Positions 1 to 10,588 are shown, counted from the first letter of the stretch. The stretch: 64,000 nucleotides of DNA from an uncultured delta proteobacterium (GCA_963842085.1 CAWJET010000001.1:2656001-2720000), one strand, 5' to 3'. The notes: a model not told the origin generated them from the letters alone. Program-made: numbers and translations.

Positions 1-313
1 CTTCCTGCGGCGCCAGCGTCGTTTCCGAAGCGACCGGGATCGCGCTGAACGGGAGATAGACTCCCAGACTGATGATGGTGAGGAATACGGACAGGCCCGG
101 TTGCGTCTCCCAGAGAGTGACGTTCTTGGTGTCGCGGGCGACTTGTTGTTCATACTCGAGCGGGAATGACACCGACGTTACGCCCACATAGCGATTGTCA
201 ACGTTCACGCTGCCTGATGGAGTACTCTGCAAGCTGAGCTGGGTCTGCTCAGTCCGGAAGTACGAACCCTGCTCCGGAGGTTGGGTCGAGCAGGCGCTCA
301 AAAGTAGCAGCAT
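1..313 (-). CDS. Partial lipoprotein with PEGA-like segment (runs off left edge)
   Basis: Manual translation of the minus strand from ATG at 313: MLLLLSACSTQPPEQGSYFRTEQTQLSLQSTPSGSVNVDNRYVGVTSVSFPLEY... Has a lipobox (LSAC) and a PEGA-like STPSGxVxVDxxYVGxT motif. Not in the ORF track. An in-frame TGA lies upstream at 347-349. Confidence 0.55.
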   Translation of the reverse strand, partial: MLLLLSACSTQPPEQGSYFRTEQTQLSLQSTPSGSVNVDNRYVGVTSVSFPLEYEQQVARDTKNVTLWETQPGLSVFLTIISLGVYLPFSAIPVASETTLAPQE

Positions 314-727
314 GCTGATGACACCTGCCCGGGCCGCGCGTAGCCGTCAAAGTGACACGACTAACAGGCTGAGCGTGAATTCGCATTGATTTCTCTACCT
401 GAGCCGGTGCGATTGGCAGGGTTGCGCTTTCACCTTGCGGCGACCGGGTTCCCGCCTGGGCCGTTTAGCTGCTCCGTGCTAGCCATCGGTTTACCCGCGA
501 AAAATAACACGAAAGCCACCTCTCAACTACATGTTGGCTTTTGTCCGACGCGTGAACTGATACGAAATAGACCAAAGCGCCGACTCTAACATCGCGATTC
601 CTTCGCCTCGAATCGCGTGGTTACCCTCGAGCACGATGGAATCTGCTACTCGATGAGCTGAGCGCGAAGCAGCGGCCGCACTTGACGCAGCAACCAGCGC
701 GACTGTTCCTTAACCCACTTCTAACAG

Positions 728-831
728 GACCCTACGAGTGCTCAGGGTAAACTCCGCCCGCATCATGTTTTAACACTGGGTGCAGGGGTCACCCCTGCCC
801 AGGGATGCGCGAAACCCACGGCGGGTTTCGC
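728..831 (+). repeat. Interspersed two-hairpin repeat, copy 1
   Basis: GACCCTACG..CAGGGTAAACTCCGCCCGCATC..TTAACACTGGGTGCAGGGGTCACCCCTGCCCAGGGATGCGCGAAACCCACGGCGGGTTTCGC. Matches 32697-32761 (minus strand) and 33739-33813. Confidence 0.9.
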
Positions 832-849
832 AGGCAGAAAAAATCGGGT

Positions 850-957
850 TCCTTCGCTGCGCTCTGGATGACACAAAGTAAGCAGGCCGGCTTTTGTGGC
901 GTTGCCAGGGTGAGGCTGCGGAAAGATCCGGGGTCCCTCCGCTACGGTCGGGATGAC
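850..957. repeat. Two GTCAT/ATGAC-ended REP-like palindromic repeats
   Basis: TCCTTCGCTGCGCTCTGGATGACA (850-873) and CCGGGGTCCCTCCGCTACGGTCGGGATGAC (928-957). The reverse complement of the second matches both ends of 9791-9835. Confidence 0.65.
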
Positions 958-1005
958 GGAAGGGGAACGGCATCATGCGTCACCTGCTCCGTCACCTACC
1001 CCTGC

Positions 1006-2835
1006 CTACTCGACCGTGACCGACTTGGCGAGGTTGCGGGGCTGATCGACGTCGGTGCCGCGTTCCGACGCGATGTGATAGGCGAGCAACTGGAGCGGTA
1101 CCGTCATCAGCACCGGCGTCAGCATCCGGTTCGTCTCCGGGACCTCGATAATTTCCCCGACGCTTTTCAGCTCGGCAGTCGCGTGATTAGTCACCGCGAT
1201 AATCCGGCCGTTGCGCGATTCGACTTCCTTGAGATTCGACATCGTCTTTTCGAACAGATCGTCATTGGGAATTATCACCACCACCGGCATCTTGTCGTCG
1301 ATAAGCGCGATCGGCCCGTGCTTCATCTCGCCCGCGGAATAACCCTCGGCGTGGATGTAGGAAATTTCCTTGAGTTTGAGCGCGCCCTCCAGCGCGATCG
1401 GGTAGTTGATGCCGCGGCCAAGGAACAGGAAGTCCTTGGCCGGCGCGTACTTGCGCGCGATATTCTGAATATTCGGCTCGCTCTCGAATATCGTTTTGAT
1501 CTGTCCGGGGATCGCGAACGCCGGCTTTAACAACTGGGCGGAGTCCGCGTCGGACAGGCGTCCCATCCGCGCCGCCAGGTGAATCGCGAACAGGTAGTAA
1601 GCCTCGAGCTGAGTGAGAAAGCATTTGGTGGTGGTGACGCTCGTCTCGGGACCGCATCGCGTGTACAACTGCGCGTCGGCCTTGCGCGCGATCGACGAGT
1701 CCACGGTGTTGGTGATTGCCAGCAGATGCGCGCCGTGCGCGCGTCCTTCTTCCATCGCGGCGATCGTGTCGGCGGTCTCGCCCGACTGCGACACGGCGAT
1801 GATCATCGTGCGGTCGTCGATCGGCGGCCGCCGATAGCGGAACTCGGATGAGTAATCGACCTCGACTGGAATCCCGGCGAGTTCCTCGATCATGAACTTG
1901 GCCACCTGCGCCGTGATCCACGACGCGCCCGCACCCAGCATCACGATTCGCCCGATCGCCGCAGGCCCGCCCGCCGGCAGCAATTCGCCTTCGAAGCGCA
2001 CCGTGGGTGAGCCTGCGTCCGCTCGCCCCGCCATCGTGTCGATCCATGCCTGCGGCTGGTCGTTGATTTCCTTGCGCAGGTAATGGCGAAAGCCGCCCTT
2101 GGTCGCGCCGACGGCGTCCCATTCGACTTGACGGGGCGCGCGACTGACCGCGGTACCGTCGAACTTCATCAGCCGCGCGGCGGTGGCCGTGACCTCGGCC
2201 AGCTCGCCGTCCTCGAGCACTATCGCGCGGCGCGTGTGTTCTAGAATCGCGGGAATATCCGAAGCGATGAAGTTCTCGCCGTCGCCCAGCCCCAGCACCA
2301 ACGGCGTCGCGGTCTTGGCGGCGACCAGCGTGCCGGGCTCGGTTTCCGACAGCACGACGATCGAGAACGAACCGCGGAGTCGCAGGACGGCCTCGCGCAC
2401 GGCCTCGGTCAGCCCGCGACCGCCTTTGAGCTTCTCCTCGATCAGGTGCGAAATGAGCTCGGTATCGGTTTCGGAGCGCAGTTTGTGCCCGCGCGCGAGC
2501 AGCTCGGTGCGCAGCTCGATGAAATTCTCGACGATACCGTTGTGGATGACTGCGACCGGGCCGGCTTTGTGCGGATGCGCGTTTTCCTCGGACGGGCGGC
2601 CGTGCGTTGCCCATCGTGTGTGCCCGATTCCGATATGGCCGCGCAGGGGCGAGTCGGCCAGTAGCAGGCGCAGGTTTTCGAGCTTGCCCTTCGCGCGGCG
2701 AATTTCGAGCTTGCCGCTATCGACGATCGTTGCGATGCCGGCCGAATCGTAACCGCGGTACTCCAGGCGGCCCAGTCCTTCGAGCAGGATAGGGTAGGCC
2801 TCGCTCGGCCCGACGTAGCCGATTATTCCGCACAT
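1006..2835 (-). CDS. glmS: Glutamine--fructose-6-phosphate transaminase (isomerizing)
   Basis: N-terminal MCGIIG (catalytic Cys1), GHTRWATHG, SQSGET and C-terminal DQPRNLAKSVTVE. Start set at ATG 2835, which follows an AGGAG RBS. Confidence 0.98.
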   Translation of the reverse strand: MCGIIGYVGPSEAYPILLEGLGRLEYRGYDSAGIATIVDSGKLEIRRAKGKLENLRLLLADSPLRGHIGIGHTRWATHGRPSEENAHPHKAGPVAVIHNGIVENFIELRTELLARGHKLRSETDTELISHLIEEKLKGGRGLTEAVREAVLRLRGSFSIVVLSETEPGTLVAAKTATPLVLGLGDGENFIASDIPAILEHTRRAIVLEDGELAEVTATAARLMKFDGTAVSRAPRQVEWDAVGATKGGFRHYLRKEINDQPQAWIDTMAGRADAGSPTVRFEGELLPAGGPAAIGRIVMLGAGASWITAQVAKFMIEELAGIPVEVDYSSEFRYRRPPIDDRTMIIAVSQSGETADTIAAMEEGRAHGAHLLAITNTVDSSIARKADAQLYTRCGPETSVTTTKCFLTQLEAYYLFAIHLAARMGRLSDADSAQLLKPAFAIPGQIKTIFESEPNIQNIARKYAPAKDFLFLGRGINYPIALEGALKLKEISYIHAEGYSAGEMKHGPIALIDDKMPVVVIIPNDDLFEKTMSNLKEVESRNGRIIAVTNHATAELKSVGEIIEVPETNRMLTPVLMTVPLQLLAYHIASERGTDVDQPRNLAKSVTVE

Positions 2836-2968
2836 GATGGTTCGCTCCTTTCCCTGCAAACGCAGGGAAGGTTACAGAGTTGTTCCGACGCACACAGACG
2901 GAGCGAAACGATAGCCAAATGATTCTGTCAGGAGAGTTTAGAAAATCACGTCAGAGCAGGATGCTCTG

Positions 2969-3118
2969 CCACTGGAGGCGTTTTTTGTCGCGCGGTCGCC
3001 CGCACGGTTTGTTCACTACTCGCCTCTATCGACTGTGGAGCCGGGAAGCCATCCGCCGAATCTTTCGATACTGCTTCCACCTCGTCAACTCATGCGATGC
3101 GCATGAGTCCTGGCGCTA
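2969..3118 (-). ncRNA. glmS ribozyme (GlcN6P-activated self-cleaving riboswitch)
   Basis: Minus strand reads A^GCGCCAGG ACUCAUGCG-CAU-CGCAUGAGU (P1) UGACGAGG U GGAAGC AGUAUCGAAAGAUUCGGCGGAUG GCUUCC (P2/core) CGGCU-CCAC-AGUCG (P3) ... GAGGCG..ACAAAC CGUGCGG-GCGA-CCGCGCG ACAAAAAA CGCCUC (P4/P4.1, GNRA loop) CA GUGG (P3.1 pseudoknot with CCAC). Located directly 5' of glmS. Confidence 0.93.
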
Positions 3119-3166
3119 CTCTCGATTGTCGTCTTCTATCGCTTCGACCGTCACCTCGTTCCGATG

Positions 3167-3195
3167 ATTATTTCTTTTCAGGAGACTTGGTTCAA
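3167..3195 (-). promoter_or_regulatory. Candidate sigma70 promoter upstream of the glmS ribozyme
   Basis: TTGAAC-N17-AATAAT on the minus strand, just downstream of the glmU stop. Confidence 0.3.
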
Positions 3196-3209
3196 GCTAC
3201 GTGATGACA

Positions 3210-4631
3210 TCAATCATGCTTCTTGCGCCGCAGGTTGCCGTCGGGGCTGTCGTTGTGGCGCTTGCGCCAGGTTGCCATCCAGCCGGACTTTTCGCGCTGC
3301 GGGTGGTGCGACATCACGAGCGCGCCGTCGGGCACCTCGCGGACGATCGTCGTTCCTGACGCCACGTACACGTCGCTGCCGACTTTCACCGGCGCGACCA
3401 GTTGCGTATCGCATCCGACCATGCAGCGGTCGCCGATCTCCGTGTGATGCTTGTCGTAGCCGTCGTAGTTCACGGTTATGACGCCGCATCCGATGTTGGT
3501 GTCGGCGCCGATTGTGGCGTCGCCGAGGTAACTCAGATGGCTGGCCTTGGTGCCGCGTCCGATGCGCGCCTTCTTAGTCTCGACGAAATTGCCAATCCGG
3601 TTGTGGCCGGCGAGTTCGGTGCCGGCGCGCAGGTTGGCGAACGGGCCAATTTCGGAGTCCTCGCCGATCACGCAGTCCTCGGCGCGCACGCCCAGCTTCA
3701 GATGGCATCGCGGGCCAATCGTCACGTTGCTGAGCCATGCGGTGCCGTCGATTCGCACGCCCTCGCCGAGCTTGCACGCGCCGAGAATCTGGACGTTGGG
3801 GCCGATCACGCAGTCGCGCGCGATTTCCGCCTGCTCCGAGATGTAGGTGCATGCGGGATCGACGAGCGTCACGCCGGATTGCATCAGTTTTCGGTTAACG
3901 GCTGCACGAATTTCCGCTTCCATATTTGCCAGCTCCTCACGCGAGTTGATGCCGGCGAATTCCGCCGGGTCATCAGCAACCCACGTTTCAATTCTTTCGC
4001 TACGCGCGCGCGCGATCGCAACGATATCGGTCAAGTAATACTCATCCTGGGCGTTGCCCGGCTTCAGTTCCGCAATCGCGGACCGGAGCAGGGCGCAATC
4101 GACCAAATAGCAGCCGGTGTTGATTTCCTTGATGGCGCGCTCGGCGGGCGACGCGTCGCGGAACTCGACGATTTTCTCGACCTTGCCGCCGGCGTCGCGC
4201 ATCACGCGGCCATAGGCGGCGGGATCGTCGAGAATGATACTGATGAACGAGAGCTTTGCGCGGCGCTTTCGATGTGCGTCGAGGAAGGCGCGCAGGGTTG
4301 ACGACTTGATGGTGGGCATGTCGCCGTAGGTGATCAGCACGTCACCGGTGAAGTTGGCGGGGAGCCGATCGAGGGCGCATCGCGCGGCGTCGCCGGTGCC
4401 GCGCTGCGGCTCCTGGAGCGCGAATCGCGCGTTCGGGGAGTTTACAGCGGCTGCGACTTCGCGCGCCTGGTGGCCGACGACGACGATGATTGGATCGGCG
4501 TCGATCGCGGCGACGGCGCGAACTGCGCGCGCGATCATCGGTTCTCCGCCAAGCTCGTGCAGGACCTTGGCGCGCTTCGAGCGCATCCTGGTCCCTTTGC
4601 CCGCGGCAAGGACGATCGTGGCGACGCTCAT
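3210..4631 (-). CDS. glmU: Bifunctional UDP-GlcNAc pyrophosphorylase / GlcN-1-P acetyltransferase
   Basis: LAAGKGTRM, GTGDA, EYYLTD, hexapeptide repeats, HLSYLGD, NYDG. Confidence 0.97.
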   Translation of the reverse strand: MSVATIVLAAGKGTRMRSKRAKVLHELGGEPMIARAVRAVAAIDADPIIVVVGHQAREVAAAVNSPNARFALQEPQRGTGDAARCALDRLPANFTGDVLITYGDMPTIKSSTLRAFLDAHRKRRAKLSFISIILDDPAAYGRVMRDAGGKVEKIVEFRDASPAERAIKEINTGCYLVDCALLRSAIAELKPGNAQDEYYLTDIVAIARARSERIETWVADDPAEFAGINSREELANMEAEIRAAVNRKLMQSGVTLVDPACTYISEQAEIARDCVIGPNVQILGACKLGEGVRIDGTAWLSNVTIGPRCHLKLGVRAEDCVIGEDSEIGPFANLRAGTELAGHNRIGNFVETKKARIGRGTKASHLSYLGDATIGADTNIGCGVITVNYDGYDKHHTEIGDRCMVGCDTQLVAPVKVGSDVYVASGTTIVREVPDGALVMSHHPQREKSGWMATWRKRHNDSPDGNLRRKKHD

Positions 4632-4643
4632 GATCGCTGCGCG

Positions 4644-5072
4644 CTATTCGTAGTCATCGAAGTTCGAGACTTTCCACGTGTCGCCAGCCTTGCGCGCCGT
4701 TATCATCCAGTTGCGATTGAAGGTGCCGCCGTCGGGCACGTCGATGGTCGCGCGAAACAGGAACTGGATGTGGTCGGGGGCGTCGCGCTCGGCGGTGAGT
4801 TTGTAATGCACGGTGGGCTTGCGGGTGTTGGCGTCGATTTTCTGATCGCCGATTAGCTGCATCTCGCGATGAAGCTTGTCGAGCGCCAGGCCGGTGCAGA
4901 ATGGCTCGGCCGCCTTCAGATCGATCGCCACGTAGTATTGGTCGATGAAGCGATCGGCGACGCCGCGCGCGCTATTGGCCGGATGGCATCCGGTGGCGGC
5001 GAGCGAAGCGAGGGCCGCGACGAAGAGAAGCTCGGCGCAGCGGTCACGAAGCAGGGTGCGGCGCGATGTCAT
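4644..5072 (-). CDS. Hypothetical lipoprotein
   Basis: Start ATG 5072 overlaps the upstream stop. Signal peptide ends ...LAATGC; small alpha/beta domain ending WKVSNFDDYE. Confidence 0.7.
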   Translation of the reverse strand: MTSRRTLLRDRCAELLFVAALASLAATGCHPANSARGVADRFIDQYYVAIDLKAAEPFCTGLALDKLHREMQLIGDQKIDANTRKPTVHYKLTAERDAPDHIQFLFRATIDVPDGGTFNRNWMITARKAGDTWKVSNFDDYE

Positions 5073-5356
5073 GATTTTTTCTTGAAGAGAGCCTCCAGCT
5101 TGTCCTGCGCGCCAGATTTCGCGAGCGGCTTTGCGGCCGCGTCGCTCGGAAAAAAGTATTCGCAAAAATTAAATCGGTCCTTGTCCACCACCCGCTCCGC
5201 CATCGTCTCGCGGCAACTGTTGTTGTAGGCCGGATCGTAAAAGCCGCAGTTGCGGCATGCGTGGAGCGCGCGGCCGCATCCGGGACACTCGTCGCGAAAA
5301 CCGATGCGGTCGCCGGCGAGGACTTCGATTTTTCTGGTGCAATGCCAACAGTTCAT
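5069..5356 (-). CDS. Small Cys-rich (double Zn-ribbon-like) protein
   Basis: MNCWHC...CPGC..HACRNC...C...NFCEYF; 8 Cys in 95 aa. Confidence 0.8.
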   Translation of the reverse strand: MNCWHCTRKIEVLAGDRIGFRDECPGCGRALHACRNCGFYDPAYNNSCRETMAERVVDKDRFNFCEYFFPSDAAAKPLAKSGAQDKLEALFKKKS

Positions 5357-5434
5357 AGCCAGGCGTAGAGTTCTGCGTGCGGTGGAAAGGCGCGCTTTTT
5401 CGGCCGAATCGCCGCTGATAGCATAACCACTCAG

Positions 5435-6364
5435 ATGGGTGCGCGCGAGATGATGGAAGCAGAGGTAGAAGCGTTTGCAGCGGCGCTCAGGAAGGCGTCG
5501 CGCGCGGCGGACAATACGGTGACGAACTATCGCCGCGACCTGCTCGCGTTCCGAAGTTTTTTGCTCGAGCGGGCGGCGCTGGTTGGCAGACGAGTCGATG
5601 AAATCGACGTCGCGAGTATCACGGCAGATCACATCCGCAGCTACCTGTCTGAACTGATGAAAAACAAAGCCGCACGCGCGACCGTCCAGCGCCGACTGAG
5701 CGCGATCAAGGCATTTTTCCGGTATCGCGAGACGACGATTGGCGCGGCAAGTCCGGCGCGATCGATTCGCTCGCCGAAAAACGAACGGCGCTTGCCGTCG
5801 ATACTACAGGAGGACGAGGTTCGCCGCCTGCTCGAGTTTTCGTTGTCGCCGGATGACTCGACGCCCGCGTCGATACGCGACCGCGCGATCTTTGAGACAC
5901 TCTACTCGTCGGGGCTCCGCGTGGGCGAGCTGGTCGGGCTTGACTGGCGCGATATCGACGAAGAGCTCGGAATGGTGATGGTGCGCGCGGGCAAGGGCAA
6001 CAAGGATCGGCTGGTGCCGCTGGGCGAGCCGGCGTTGGATGCGTTGCTCGCGTGGCGCCGCGCGATGCCGGTGGCGTGGGAGCACAATGGTCCCGTGATC
6101 ACAAATCTTCGCGGCGGCCGGCTGACGACGCGCAGCGTCGAGATGATTCTGCAGCGCAGAATCGAGGCGGCGGGCGTCACTGCGGGCGTCACGCCGCATG
6201 GGCTGCGTCACTCATTCGCAACGCATATGCTTGGCAATGGAGCCGATTTGCGGTCGATACAGGAGATGCTCGGCCATGCGAGCCTGGCAACGACGCAGCG
6301 CTATACTCATGTCAGCGTGAATCATTTGAAAGAGGTTTATCGACGTGCCTTCCCACGAGTCTGA
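5435..6364 (+). CDS. xerC: Tyrosine recombinase XerC
   Basis: [41 protein letters not shown]; located upstream of hslVU. Confidence 0.9.
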   Translation: MGAREMMEAEVEAFAAALRKASRAADNTVTNYRRDLLAFRSFLLERAALVGRRVDEIDVASITADHIRSYLSELMKNKAARATVQRRLSAIKAFFRYRETTIGAASPARSIRSPKNERRLPSILQEDEVRRLLEFSLSPDDSTPASIRDRAIFETLYSSGLRVGELVGLDWRDIDEELGMVMVRAGKGNKDRLVPLGEPALDALLAWRRAMPVAWEHNGPVITNLRGGRLTTRSVEMILQRRIEAAGVTAGVTPHGLRHSFATHMLGNGADLRSIQEMLGHASLATTQRYTHVSVNHLKEVYRRAFPRV

Positions 6365-6917
6365 CCAGGGTATCGAGCCGGGCGCCGAAATTCGCCACAC
6401 GACCATTCTGAGCGTGCGCCACGAGGGCCACGTCGTAATGGCGGGTGACGGGCAGGTGAGCGTTGGGCAAACGATCATGAAGGCCAAGGCGAAGAAGGTG
6501 CGCCGGCTGCATCAGGATCGCGTGCTGGCGGGATTCGCAGGCTCGACCGCGGACGCGCTGACGCTGTTCGACAAGTTCGAATCGAAGCTGCAGGAATATA
6601 ACGGCGTGCTTCGGCGCGCGGCGGTCGAGCTGGCCAAGGATTGGCGCACGGATCGAATCCTGCGCCGGCTCGAGGCGATGCTGGTAGTCGCGGACAAGGA
6701 AAGCTCGCTGCTTATTTCGGGCGTCGGCGACGTGCTCGAGCCCGACGATGGAATCCTGGCGATCGGATCGGGCGGCAACTACGCGTTATCGGCGGCGCGC
6801 GCGCTGGTACGGCACGGCTCGGGGATGACGGCGCGACAGATCGCCGAAGGCGCGATGAAAATCGCCTCGGAGGTCTGCGTTTACACCAACGATCAATTCG
6901 TGTTCGAAGAGTTGTAG
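6345..6917 (+). CDS. hslV: ATP-dependent protease peptidase subunit HslV
   Basis: Short leader followed by [27 protein letters not shown]. Confidence 0.97.
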   Translation: MPSHESDQGIEPGAEIRHTTILSVRHEGHVVMAGDGQVSVGQTIMKAKAKKVRRLHQDRVLAGFAGSTADALTLFDKFESKLQEYNGVLRRAAVELAKDWRTDRILRRLEAMLVVADKESSLLISGVGDVLEPDDGILAIGSGGNYALSAARALVRHGSGMTARQIAEGAMKIASEVCVYTNDQFVFEEL

Positions 6918-6942
6918 CCACAGGATCCGGGAATCCAACGAG

Positions 6943-8313
<1,371 letters not shown>

Positions 8314-8361
8314 CTCCGGTCCACTCGTTGCAGTGGTATTAACCGCCGCACAGGCGATGGG

Positions 8362-8446
8362 TTGTGCCGCGGGCGCAATACTGTTTCTGATTTCCTTTTC
8401 TTGAGAAGGTTCACCCGCGCGTGAAAGTGGTCATCCAATCGAACCG
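8362..8446 (+). repeat. Degenerate duplicate of the argB upstream region and first ~10 codons (left island boundary)
   Basis: TTGTGCCGCGGGCGCAATACTGTTTCTGATTTCCTTTTCTTGAGAAGGTTC..GCGTGAAAGTGGTCATCCAATCGAACCG aligns with 10589-10673. Confidence 0.85.
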
Positions 8447-8480
8447 CCCGGGGGCGTTTTAATCCGAAAATCGATTAAAC

Positions 8481-8663
8481 TTACAACTGCGGGTAAATCG
8501 GGATGCAGGCCAGGCGCAAATCGTGAAGCCTTATCGTTTGTGGAAGAGAGACCTTTTTCAGGATACGCTTAAACTCCGCGTCAATGCGTCTCGGCTCGAT
8601 AGGCGTCCCATTTCTCGTTGTGAAAGCGAGACCGTTATCCTTCAATTCTTCGCAATGACCCAA
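8481..8663 (-). pseudogene. Fragment of a phage/ICE-type tyrosine integrase catalytic domain
   Basis: GLAFTTRNGTPIEPRRIDAEFKRILKKVSLPQTIRLHDLRL matches the HxLRH region of site-specific integrases; the rest of the gene is absent. Confidence 0.75.
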
Positions 8664-8857
8664 AATGACCCAAAACCCGAAAACTCAACTTCCGGTTGGC
8701 TTGGTTTTGCGGAGCAGATCACAGGTCCAATCCCCCCGCTTTCAACTGTCCAGTTTTTGGGGTTCATTTCAGATTGGGCCAGACGATGAGAATCTGGAGC
8801 CATGGGCTGGCGCACCTGCCTATTGCCTTGACATGAACTAAGCGGAAGGAATGAACG

Positions 8858-9676
8858 ATGCAGCCAAAATGGGAGCTAACCCTTGGTGCGGTTAGGGGAT
8901 TCAATCTGCCGGAGAGGATTATTGCGGAAGAGCATCGCCTGAGGAGAGCACTTTCTGTGCACTGCAATGGACCTTATAACGAGGCCGGAACCAATCTCGG
9001 ATTGGCTCTTTATGTTGAAGGGGATAATCAGCCATTGGATTGCGGAGGGATAAAGATTGAGCCTTTCAAGAAGAACAATATCGGGGCTCGAATCTTTATT
9101 CGTAAGGCTGACTGGAGTGCCGACGCTCCAGCGTACCGGCGTTTCCTATGGAAGAACGTGGAAAGGGCCATTTGGGGTTGCGTGGAGACCTTGGACAAGA
9201 AACAAGTTTCGTTAGACGTGGATAGGCTTCGCCGCGATCTCTCTCTTGTCGAAGAGGCGTTTCTCGGGGTCGATCTGGAATCAAAGTCCAGATCGAATGC
9301 GCCTGAGCCTGCGGAGACCAAAGAGCAGGTGTCCTTCGACGAGACTTCCGAAGATGAAATGGATCGGATCGTCGTTCAATACCGGATCGAAGGCCATGGA
9401 AACGGGCAGGATCACGACAAGAGAGTCGCGGTCGAGAAAATTCTTGAGGAATGCCTGAGTGAAGGCGACTTGGGGAACTGTGATGGCGGGGACATCGGCA
9501 GCGGTACGATAAATGTCTTTTGCTTCGTCTCAGACGCTGAAAAGGCAAGGGAGCCTATCCTCCAAACTCTGCGCAACAACGGCTTTCTTGAAGGCGCAGT
9601 GATCCAGGAGACGGTGAAGGGCGAGGACAAAGTCGTGTGGCCTCCCGACTACGTAGGCGAGTTTAGCATCGTGTGA
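8858..9676 (+). CDS. Two-domain hypothetical protein, possibly immunity-protein-like
   Basis: 272-aa ORF with atypical codon usage; acidic linker; C-terminal domain contains GNCDGGDIGSGTINVFCFV. Function is inferred only. Confidence 0.75.
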   Translation: MQPKWELTLGAVRGFNLPERIIAEEHRLRRALSVHCNGPYNEAGTNLGLALYVEGDNQPLDCGGIKIEPFKKNNIGARIFIRKADWSADAPAYRRFLWKNVERAIWGCVETLDKKQVSLDVDRLRRDLSLVEEAFLGVDLESKSRSNAPEPAETKEQVSFDETSEDEMDRIVVQYRIEGHGNGQDHDKRVAVEKILEECLSEGDLGNCDGGDIGSGTINVFCFVSDAEKAREPILQTLRNNGFLEGAVIQETVKGEDKVVWPPDYVGEFSIV

Positions 9677-9790
9677 AGTAGTTCCCGCCTCTGTAGCTCT
9701 CTCGCCGCCTGAATTGATCTACGAAAGTACCGCTCGCAGTTGAAGCCGGTGCGAATTCCCGCTAATCACACTTCGCGGCACAGGATGTCT

Positions 9791-9835
9791 GTCATCCCGA
9801 CGACGGGAGCGAAGCGACGGGAGGAGGGACCTCGG
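9791..9835. repeat. GTCAT-ended REP-like repeat
   Basis: GTCATCCCGAC...GGAGGGACCTCGG, related to the reverse complement of 928-957. Confidence 0.65.
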
Positions 9836-9962
9836 ACAGCTTCGCGTAAGCGAAGCCGGTACCGGTTCTTAGTTGCCCGTCTGGATTGAATTCATCCGCG
9901 ATGGTCTGATTTGAGAGTCTTTTACAGGCACCTTCGCCACCGGTTTTTCGCATGGAGCGCAC

Positions 9963-10028
9963 ATGAACGAGCAAGTCACCCGCCAGATCCTGTGGAACAT
10001 TCCGGTTCCGTTCATCGTGCTGATGTAC
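9963..10028 (+). pseudogene. Truncated N-terminus of a membrane Fe-S oxidoreductase (HdrF/FadF-like)
   Basis: GGAG RBS followed by MNEQVTRQILWNIPVPFIVLMY, which resembles the TRxIxWNI starts of such proteins. Host-like codon usage ends abruptly at about 10028. Confidence 0.45.
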
Positions 10029-10056
10029 GTTAAAAGCACCTCGACGACGGGGCCAC

Positions 10057-10437
10057 CTATGCAGCCAATCGCCTGATTATGAAAATGATCAGTAGCCCCA
10101 GTGGAACGGCGACGATGCCTTCAAATACAGGGGCAAAAATCAAACCCACGTAGCCAAATTCCTGCGGTGGATAAGCATAACTGACAAAAATGAGATACGC
10201 GTGGGTCAAGGAGAACAGGGCTCCGAACACGATTGGAGAGGTGTTGGACGAATCCTTACGAAACACGAAGAAGATGATCAGGAAGGGACTAAGAAGCGCG
10301 ACGAACATAGTGAGGTGATAAAAAACACTGAAAGAAGTGAGAGGTATACTGCGTACCGAGGGCACGATCATGATCGCCGACAACAGCAGTCCTGTTGCGA
10401 GTACGATGAAAATCGACGCAGAGCCTTTTCGGTTCAT
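10057..10437 (-). CDS. Small 4-TM hypothetical membrane protein
   Basis: 126 aa with four hydrophobic segments and AT-rich codons. Confidence 0.7.
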   Translation of the reverse strand: MNRKGSASIFIVLATGLLLSAIMIVPSVRSIPLTSFSVFYHLTMFVALLSPFLIIFFVFRKDSSNTSPIVFGALFSLTHAYLIFVSYAYPPQEFGYVGLIFAPVFEGIVAVPLGLLIIFIIRRLAA

Positions 10438-10588
10438 CTTCCCATTCTAGTCACAGATCAAAAGAAAAACGGCCAAGTCTCATTAATGATCTCGTCAAAA
10501 TTTTCCGCTACGAAAAGGCGTGCCGCTGAGCCAGGTTGAGGCCGCGGTGCGCTCGCGGGAGGATCCGGTGAGAGTTTCATGGGGGAGA

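Noticed and set aside
580-831. Integron attC sites (TAAC..GTTA hairpins) with XerC as an integron integrase
   Set aside because: No proper RYYYAAC/GTTRRRY pair or cassette array; the recombinase lacks the IntI insertion and sits in the usual xerC-hslVU context.
728-957. CRISPR array
   Set aside because: Palindromic units differ from each other, are not regularly spaced, and no cas genes are present.
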